A stretch of 64,000 nucleotides of DNA from contig CAZYMB010000005.1 of NCBI GenBank assembly GCA_964648795.1, positions 44,345 through 108,344 of the forward strand, written 5' to 3'. Shown piece by piece: positions 57,726-64,000 of the stretch (within the stretch, counting starts at the first letter, position 1; each line of letters opens with the position of its first letter). A model generated the notes under the pieces. That model ran no database searches. It saw nothing but the letters and a program-made list of their open reading frames with translations, and was not told the DNA's origin. This stretch comes from an uncultured Acidimicrobiaceae bacterium (GTDB lineage Bacteria; Actinomycetota; Acidimicrobiia; Acidimicrobiales; SZUA-35). Made by a program: the position numbers and the translations under genes.

Positions 57726-58505
57726 CTAAGCTCCGTCAGGCCGGCGAGTTTTACTAGATCTGCGTCTCAGGATAAGGACATAGAACAGTGGAGTCAGGCC
57801 TGCAAAGATCAACCACTGCAAGGCATAGGAGAAATGGCTGCCTTCAGTGATTTCAGGCAAGCCTAGGATCGTTGGTATAGCGGGGGTTGAGTTCTCGATC
57901 GTTGAGAGTTGTATCCAAACAGGGGCAATCGTGTTAGTTTCGATATCTAGACCATCTGCAAGAATTTGAGGTATCTGGCTATTGCTGCGACTTTCTAAGC
58001 GAGCTGCCAAAGCATCAACGTTGAGTCGTGGAGCAATCTCAGAATCTCCGACATCTTCCACATCAAAGAAGCCTTTTGTAACTGAAGTTCTTATTCGTCC
58101 CGTTGCAAAGAATTCATCAGGCAGGCCGCCAACTTGAGTTCGACTTGGAACAAACCCTCTGTTTAAAAATACCTGTGTGCCATCTAACTCAACCAGAGCA
58201 ACAACATGCTCGCCTGCAATCCCATTTTGTGTGCGGTTCACAACTCTTATAAAGTCAGGGTCAATTGTCTTAGCCCGTATCTCCACAGACCTAAATTCAC
58301 CAAAGCCATCTTCGAGCTCTATGCCATCGATTTCTACCATCTCGGCACTTTGAGCATCAGTTATCTGTGTATTGAAAGCTCGTCGCTCATCTAGGCGATC
58401 AAATTGCCACAATCCCAGGAAAACAAATAGGCCAGCGCTAGCCAGAACAAAGAAGTGGCTAAATATCCAGAACGGTTTCTTAGCAAAAGCCCAATTTGGG
58501 TTCAT
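57726..58505 (-). CDS. SURF1 family protein
   Basis: LG.WQFDRL.ERR, VNR...G.HV, LNRGFVP, H.SYALQW..F. Confidence 0.92.
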   Translation of the reverse strand: MNPNWAFAKKPFWIFSHFFVLASAGLFVFLGLWQFDRLDERRAFNTQITDAQSAEMVEIDGIELEDGFGEFRSVEIRAKTIDPDFIRVVNRTQNGIAGEHVVALVELDGTQVFLNRGFVPSRTQVGGLPDEFFATGRIRTSVTKGFFDVEDVGDSEIAPRLNVDALAARLESRSNSQIPQILADGLDIETNTIAPVWIQLSTIENSTPAIPTILGLPEITEGSHFSYALQWLIFAGLTPLFYVLILRRRSSKTRRPDGA

Positions 58506-58564
58506 CTAGCTAAGCTATCGACGTTTCTAAGTAACTTCCGACGCTCTTATTAGACTAATCGCAT

Positions 58565-59473
58565 ATGTCAGTAGACAAATTGACAATACTGGGGACTGCT
58601 TCGCACCTCCCTACTAGAAATAGAGCTCACAACGGCTATGTGGTCGATATAGGCGGCGTTCGTCTACTCTTTGACCCTGGCGAAGGCACACAACGTCAAC
58701 TCACCATTACGGGTGTTTCAGTCACCAGCATCGATGGCGTTTGTCTTACCCATTTCCACGGAGACCACTGCCTTGGGCTACCGGGAGTGATTCAGCGTCG
58801 TTCGGTAGACAACCACCAAAACAACGTCGACCACGAGCTGCCCGTGGTATTTCCAAAAGAAGGCTTCGATTACTTTAACAGGCTGCGTTATGCGACGATT
58901 TATACTGATAGCGCCCATGTAGTACCTATACCAACCACAGATGGCGACGCCACCAACATTGGTTCATGTAGCGTAGTTGCAAAGTTACTAAACCACAGCT
59001 GTACAACACTTGGCTACAGAGTAACTGCTCCGGATAGCTTCAACTTCGATGTAGAGCGACTTGAGCATGCAGGAATAACTGGTCAAGATCGTGCCGAGTT
59101 AAAGGCAACTGGCAAACTCTCTACACCCAATGGTGAAGTCCAACTAGAAGACTTTGGCAGTGTCAAACCAGGCAAGGTGGTTGCCTTCATTATGGACACC
59201 GCACCATGCGACAATGCCATAGAGCTGGCTAGAGACGCTGACTTGGTCATATGTGAGTCAACTTATGCTGAGACAGAATCCGAACTTGCCAGCCAGTATC
59301 TACACATGACGGCCAAACAAGCTGCCGAGATAGCCCAGACAGCAGACGCCAAGAAACTTGTTCTAACCCACTACTCCGCCCGTTACGAAGACGAACAAAT
59401 TCTGGCCAAAGAAGCCAAAGAGGTCTTCAGCAACAGCATTGCCGCTAAAGACCTCGATGTAATAACTTTCTAA
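58565..59473 (+). CDS. rnz: Ribonuclease Z
   Basis: LGT.S..PT..R.HN, FDPGEGTQRQ, THFHGDHCLG, LNH...T.GYR, DTAPC, ESTY, HMTA..AA, THYSARY. Confidence 0.95.
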   Translation: MSVDKLTILGTASHLPTRNRAHNGYVVDIGGVRLLFDPGEGTQRQLTITGVSVTSIDGVCLTHFHGDHCLGLPGVIQRRSVDNHQNNVDHELPVVFPKEGFDYFNRLRYATIYTDSAHVVPIPTTDGDATNIGSCSVVAKLLNHSCTTLGYRVTAPDSFNFDVERLEHAGITGQDRAELKATGKLSTPNGEVQLEDFGSVKPGKVVAFIMDTAPCDNAIELARDADLVICESTYAETESELASQYLHMTAKQAAEIAQTADAKKLVLTHYSARYEDEQILAKEAKEVFSNSIAAKDLDVITF

Positions 59474-59489
59474 AACTTCAGCCTGTGTA

Positions 59490-60578
59490 TTAGCTTTGCG
59501 CCTTCTCTTCTTCAGTTGCTTCAACATCTTCTGCAGAATCAGTCAAGTCAATCTCTACTTCAGCATCCGGGTCAGCTATCAGACCAACTTCTTTCAAGAC
59601 TTTGTCTTGAATTTCCATAGAAAGTTCTGGATTCTCAATCAGATACTCTTTCGCCTTCTCACGGCCTTGACCAAGCTGGTCGCCTTCGTAGGTGTACCAA
59701 GCACCAGAGCGCTTAACGATATCCTTCTCGACCGCTATGTCCAGTAGTGAGCCTTGACGACTGATGCCTTTACCGTACATAATGTCGAACTCAGCCTGAC
59801 GGAACGGTGGCGCAACCTTATTCTTTACTACTTTCACACGGGTTCGGTTACCTACAACTTCGGTACCATTCTTGATAGCTTCGATTCTTCTGATGTCTAG
59901 TCGAACAGAGCTGTAGAACTTTAGTGCTCTACCACCTGGTGTTGTTTCAGGTGAGCCGAACATGACACCAATCTTCTCACGAAGCTGGTTGATGAAGATA
60001 CAAATAGTGTCTGTCTTGTTGAGATTACCTGTGATCTTACGTAGAGCCTGCGACATGAGGCGAGCTTGTAGACCCATATGGGTATCTCCCATGTCACCTT
60101 CGATTTCAGCACGAGGTGTAAGCGCTGCTACAGAGTCAATAACTAGCACATCAACAGAACCACTTCGCACCAAGATGTCTGCGATCTCAAGTGCTTGTTC
60201 ACCTGTGTCTGGCTGCGAGATCAATAGCTCGTCGACATCGACACCAATGTTGCCAGCATAAACTGGATCCATGGCGTGCTCTGCGTCAATGTATGCACAG
60301 GTTCCACCATTACGTTGTGCCTCGGCTACAACATGCATAGCAAGTGTTGACTTACCCGATGACTCTGGCCCGTAAATTTCGACCACACGACCACGAGGTA
60401 GCCCACCGGCCCCTAAGGCAATATCAAGTGCTAGTGCACCTGTGGGAACGGTTTCTATTTCCATTCCTGTGTTTTCGCCCATTTTCATGACCGAACCGAC
60501 GCCAAACTGCTTGTCAATATTGTCTAAAGCCGTCTTCAACGCCGTTTCTTTTGGATCTTGTTGAGATTTCTTACTCAC
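59490..60578 (-). CDS. recA: Recombinase RecA (no intein)
   Basis: [79 protein letters not shown]. Confidence 0.99.
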   Translation of the reverse strand: MSKKSQQDPKETALKTALDNIDKQFGVGSVMKMGENTGMEIETVPTGALALDIALGAGGLPRGRVVEIYGPESSGKSTLAMHVVAEAQRNGGTCAYIDAEHAMDPVYAGNIGVDVDELLISQPDTGEQALEIADILVRSGSVDVLVIDSVAALTPRAEIEGDMGDTHMGLQARLMSQALRKITGNLNKTDTICIFINQLREKIGVMFGSPETTPGGRALKFYSSVRLDIRRIEAIKNGTEVVGNRTRVKVVKNKVAPPFRQAEFDIMYGKGISRQGSLLDIAVEKDIVKRSGAWYTYEGDQLGQGREKAKEYLIENPELSMEIQDKVLKEVGLIADPDAEVEIDLTDSAEDVEATEEEKAQS

Positions 60579-60630
60579 CTAAATATTCTCCTGATAGTGA
60601 TTACCGGCGCTGGTCGGCGCTATAGAAATA

Positions 60631-60653
60631 AAACTAGTCGATGCCTATGACAA
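60631..60653 (-). promoter_or_regulatory. PafBC/RecA-NDp-type promoter upstream of recA
   Basis: Minus strand reads TTGTCAT-aggcatcgac-TAGTTT, i.e. TGTCA(T)-N10-TAnnnT, against the mycobacterial consensus TGTCRG-N10-TAnnnT. Confidence 0.6.
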
Positions 60654-60708
60654 TTGCTGGCTAAGGCAACACCGCAGTACCCAGCAATCTTGACTATTGT
60701 TATTGACT

Positions 60709-61023
60709 GTGAAGTACCTAATACCAGCTATTACCATTGGTTTGGTAATTTCGGCTTGTTCTGGCGGATCCAATGACCCCCTGAGCGTCACAGAAGCCCT
60801 TGAGAACGCTACCGGCCAAGATCTAGATGCCGCTGAGGTAACCGATCTGTTAGAGTCTGCGGAAGTGCTTTGTGGCCTATCTGACTCGGTGTTGGAAGAC
60901 GTATGGGCCAACCTCAGCGAAGATCAGCTTAGCTTCCAAGATTTCGTGTTTTCAAACCAGTGCCCCGAGCGTGCCGAGAATTACAGTGCAGCAACGGGCC
61001 GACTAGTCGAAGAAAGTAGCTGA
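60709..61023 (+). CDS. Small lipoprotein (DUF732-like Cys pair)
   Basis: MKYLIPAITIGLVISAC lipobox, and the AEVLC....CP pattern of small helical actinobacterial lipoproteins. Confidence 0.75.
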   Translation: MKYLIPAITIGLVISACSGGSNDPLSVTEALENATGQDLDAAEVTDLLESAEVLCGLSDSVLEDVWANLSEDQLSFQDFVFSNQCPERAENYSAATGRLVEESS

Positions 61024-61028
61024 CACCC

Positions 61029-62036
61029 ATGAGTAAATCAGAATCAACAAAACCATTTGGATCGGTATTTTCCAATGTAATGGGCAGCGTCGAATACTCT
61101 GCAGATGCCTACGGTGACATTACAGTTGGCCCCTTAGAAAACCTAACCTTGCACCCAAGTAGTCACGTACTTCACTACGGCTCCTCATGTTTCGAAGGAC
61201 TCAAAGCTCATCGACTAGCCAGTGGCGAAGTAGCTATCTTTAGACTCGACGATCATGTAAAGCGCTTCGTGCACAGTATTGCGAGTTTGCAGGTTACTCC
61301 ACCAACAGAAACCAAGATAAAAGAACTTATTGTAGAAACAGTCAGAGCCAACGTTGATGACGTCCCAGGCCCTCCAGGTTCTCTATATATACGTCCATTC
61401 TTTATTGGGACTACTGAAAATATTGGCTCAGCAGCCGCTCCGCCAACTGAAGGAAAGCTCAGCGTTATCTGCTCACCCGTTGGCGACTATTTTCAAGGCG
61501 GCATCAGGCCGCTAACCCTGCTCGTCGAGGAGACGCTCGCAAGAACCACTTCCCAGTTTGGACGGGTCAAGGCTGGAGCCAACTATGTTATGGCACTAGG
61601 CCCGACGCTTGCAGCCAAAGCCGATCATGGAGCAGACCAAGTCCTCTTTGCTACGCACGGTTCCGTAACCGAAACTGGCGCAGCAAATTTCTTGTTAGCA
61701 ACCGACAGCGAAATCGTTACCAAAGACCTAGATGACTCTTTTCTACATGGCGTAACCAGAGACTCAATACTGACAATCGGCGAGAAGCTTGGTTACAGCA
61801 GTTCACAAAGACCGATTACTGTGAGCGAGCTATCACAATGGCAAGGTGAAGCATTCCTAACTGGAACAGCAGCTGTTGTCGCTCCAGTAGGTACCTTAAT
61901 AATAGATGGCAACCGCCACAACCTAAGAGATGGCCAGCCTGGGCCCAATACTCTCAAATTGAGAAGAGCCTTAACCGATATTCACGCCGGACTATCAGAA
62001 GATAGCTTTGGTTGGCTAACGATAGTCTCCACTTAG
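61029..62036 (+). CDS. ilvE: Branched-chain amino acid aminotransferase
   Basis: LHYGSSCFEGLKA, LYIRPF, KAGANY PLP Lys, ETGAANF, L.GVTRDSI, GTAAVVAPVG. Confidence 0.94.
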   Translation: MSKSESTKPFGSVFSNVMGSVEYSADAYGDITVGPLENLTLHPSSHVLHYGSSCFEGLKAHRLASGEVAIFRLDDHVKRFVHSIASLQVTPPTETKIKELIVETVRANVDDVPGPPGSLYIRPFFIGTTENIGSAAAPPTEGKLSVICSPVGDYFQGGIRPLTLLVEETLARTTSQFGRVKAGANYVMALGPTLAAKADHGADQVLFATHGSVTETGAANFLLATDSEIVTKDLDDSFLHGVTRDSILTIGEKLGYSSSQRPITVSELSQWQGEAFLTGTAAVVAPVGTLIIDGNRHNLRDGQPGPNTLKLRRALTDIHAGLSEDSFGWLTIVST

Positions 62037-63275
62037 CAGCCACTTTCTTAAATCATTGAGAGCGCCAATGGTTGCCAGCTGTTGGGTTTGTTCTCTGTTA
62101 CTGCCAAAGATTACTTTGTGCGACATAGTCGTATCTTTACTGGCAAATCCAAAGAAGACTGTGCCCACCGCCACGCCTTCTTGAGTGTCAGGCCCAGCTA
62201 CTCCGGTGATTGATAGTCCAATATCTGCCGAGAGCGCAACCATAGCTCCCTTAGCCATTTCTTCAGCTGCCTCTGCCGATACAACGCTGTCAGAGGTTAC
62301 ACCCAGTAGTTCAGTCTTAACATCGGTTGCGTAGCTCACTATTGAGCCTCTAAAACTCTTTGACGACCCGGGCTGGCGGGTCAACTGAGCGCCTATTCTC
62401 CCACCTGTCATAGATTCAGCAACACCAAGGCTCAGGTTGAGATCTGTCAACAAATTCAATACAACCGATTCAATCGTGTCTTCGTCAAACCCGAATACAA
62501 GATCAGCACTAAGGGTTTCCAGAATGTTTTTTTCTTCTCGGACTATTCTGGCATCGGCAAGTTCTTTGGTTGGGGCCTTTACAGTGATACGAAGCTTTAT
62601 ACCTTTGGTACCTCCAGCCAAATATGCAAGAGTAGCTTTCGTATCATTCTCGAAATCTGTATCGAGGCGTTGCACCGTCGGCGCCAGTACTTCAGCTAAT
62701 GCTGATTCACTCATACCCCATGTTTTGATGGCACGGCTCTTGAGCACTGTGGGCTCATCAATCATTTCTAGGAGCCTTGGAGCGATCGAAGAATCAAAGA
62801 TCTCTTTGAGTTCATAAGGCACCCCTGGCATCGCCACAACTACCCCACCAGGGTGAGGACACCAAAGGCCTGGGGCTGTGCCTGGCATTGGCAACAAGGC
62901 TTCGCCTCCAACAGGCACGTACGCTTGGGTTAGGTTGCTCTCTGACATTGGGCGATTTCGCACCGCAAACTTAGAGGCAATAGCTTCGACGACTTCTTCA
63001 TCTCTGTGAAGCTCTATATCAAGGGCTTTTGCAATAGCGTCTCGAGTTAAATCATCTTGGGTAGGTCCAAGACCTCCGCCGAGAATCACTACATCGCTAC
63101 GTTCTATAGACTCAGTTATCTGCTGGGATAGGCGATCTAGATTGTCACCAATAGTGGAATGATAATAACAGTCGATGCCAAGTTCGCCCAGACGTTGGGA
63201 TAACCAAACTGAGTTTGTATCAGTGCTCTCACCAAGCAACAGCTCGGATCCAACAGCAATAATTTCTGCCTTCAC
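62016..63275 (-). CDS. cinA: CinA (MoCF domain + NMN deamidase PncC)
   Basis: KAEIIAVGSELLLG...DTNS, GGLGPTQDD.TR, GTAPG, PGVP.E, AESMTGG, G.IVSYA..VK, TGVAGP. GTG overlaps the pgsA stop. Confidence 0.95.
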   Translation of the reverse strand: MKAEIIAVGSELLLGESTDTNSVWLSQRLGELGIDCYYHSTIGDNLDRLSQQITESIERSDVVILGGGLGPTQDDLTRDAIAKALDIELHRDEEVVEAIASKFAVRNRPMSESNLTQAYVPVGGEALLPMPGTAPGLWCPHPGGVVVAMPGVPYELKEIFDSSIAPRLLEMIDEPTVLKSRAIKTWGMSESALAEVLAPTVQRLDTDFENDTKATLAYLAGGTKGIKLRITVKAPTKELADARIVREEKNILETLSADLVFGFDEDTIESVVLNLLTDLNLSLGVAESMTGGRIGAQLTRQPGSSKSFRGSIVSYATDVKTELLGVTSDSVVSAEAAEEMAKGAMVALSADIGLSITGVAGPDTQEGVAVGTVFFGFASKDTTMSHKVIFGSNREQTQQLATIGALNDLRKWLLSGDYR

Positions 63276-63826
63276 AACTTGTCCTTTAATGCCTTTTGAC
63301 CATCGATAATATATTGCGCAGCACTTACGAGTGTGAAGGCAACGGCAACCCACAACATCACATCAATCACCCAATGCGACCCACGAAGAGGAGGAAACAT
63401 GGCTGCAACGATGGCTAGTCCTTGAACAACTGCCTTGTACTTACCAGATGGTCGCGCAGGCAAACTAAGGCCGTAGCGTTGCCAATAGCTGCGGTAAATC
63501 ATCATGCCAACTTCCCGCACCGCAATTATGGACATGGGGATTATGCCAAACGCTCCCTGAATCACCAGGGCGTAGCCAAGAAACAATAGCAATATCTTGT
63601 CGGCCAGCGTGTCTAGAAATGCCCCCGCCTTTGTTGGGCCAATCTTGCGAGCCAGGTCTCCATCGATCCGGTCTGTAATACCCAAAATCCAGGTCACTAC
63701 AAAGGTCAACCACCTTGGATTCATTTGCAACACAAGTGCCGCCACAAAGGGAGCAAAAACAATGCGAGACAGAGTCAAGGCGTTGGCTGTGAGTGTGAAT
63801 TTTGATTTCGCTGTGGCACCAACCAT
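63272..63826 (-). CDS. pgsA: CDP-alcohol phosphatidyltransferase (PgsA)
   Basis: ANALT.SR, TDRIDG.LAR..G.T..GAFLD.LADK, GK.K. Located upstream of cinA. Confidence 0.92.
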   Translation of the reverse strand: MVGATAKSKFTLTANALTLSRIVFAPFVAALVLQMNPRWLTFVVTWILGITDRIDGDLARKIGPTKAGAFLDTLADKILLLFLGYALVIQGAFGIIPMSIIAVREVGMMIYRSYWQRYGLSLPARPSGKYKAVVQGLAIVAAMFPPLRGSHWVIDVMLWVAVAFTLVSAAQYIIDGQKALKDKL

Positions 63827-64000
63827 TAGTAATGAATCTAGCGGATCAAAACAAGACTGGTGTGAGCCCAAAAAGAAGCCTCAGATCAGCTCATGAGTAA
63901 TCTAGATCATTACAGTTGCAAAACACCCAGGCTTACTATGGCCTACCCGACTTGGCATCACTAGGCAATTCTGCTAACCTAGAAACAGCGGGTTAAAGGT

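Noticed and set aside
59490-60578. Intein in RecA
   Set aside because: Normal length (362 aa) with continuous RecA motifs.
60579-60700. LexA SOS box upstream of recA
   Set aside because: No GAAC-N4-GTTC-like palindrome found.
594-63896. The many 60-160 aa ORFs overlapping or antisense to long genes in the ORF track
   Set aside because: They overlap well-supported genes, lack motifs or start signals, and are expected shadow ORFs.
1-64000. tRNA, rRNA, transposase, integrase or prophage genes
   Set aside because: No cloverleaf/T-loop signature in the short intergenic regions, and no recombinase or phage motifs in any ORF.

Overview
A compact, mostly housekeeping window from an actinobacterium, most likely class Acidimicrobiia. 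This is inferred from an AceE-type PDH E1, a LipB-LipA fusion, class F sortase with a DUF4397-type substrate, the glp/moaC/FmdB neighbourhood and a mycoredoxin-like protein. GC is unusually low for that group (about 48-50% by eye). About 65 CDS cover lipoate/PDH metabolism, FtsEX, hisS, aroA, otsA, pepN, TldD/PmbA, dxs, disulfide formation, recA, cinA and pgsA. I found no rRNA, tRNA, CRISPR array, transposase, integrase or prophage gene. The best candidates for new biology are: (1) a cytoplasmic Ser/Thr pseudokinase - TM - acidic spacer - DUF4397-like ectodomain protein ending in a VPTG sorting signal and overlapping its own class F sortase gene, i.e. a possible peptidoglycan-tethered receptor; (2) a stand-alone Swt1-like HEPN RNase with an intact RxxxxH motif, a coiled coil and a C-terminal membrane anchor, divergent from a GGDEF-EAL gene; (3) a Glp/GlpR(SepX)-like divisome module; (4) a 52% Asp/Glu repeat lipoprotein; (5) several structured intergenic RNA candidates, a PafBC-type recA promoter, a missed 29-aa membrane protein and pervasive leaderless-gene architecture. 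All family assignments come from motif recognition by eye; no database search was run.
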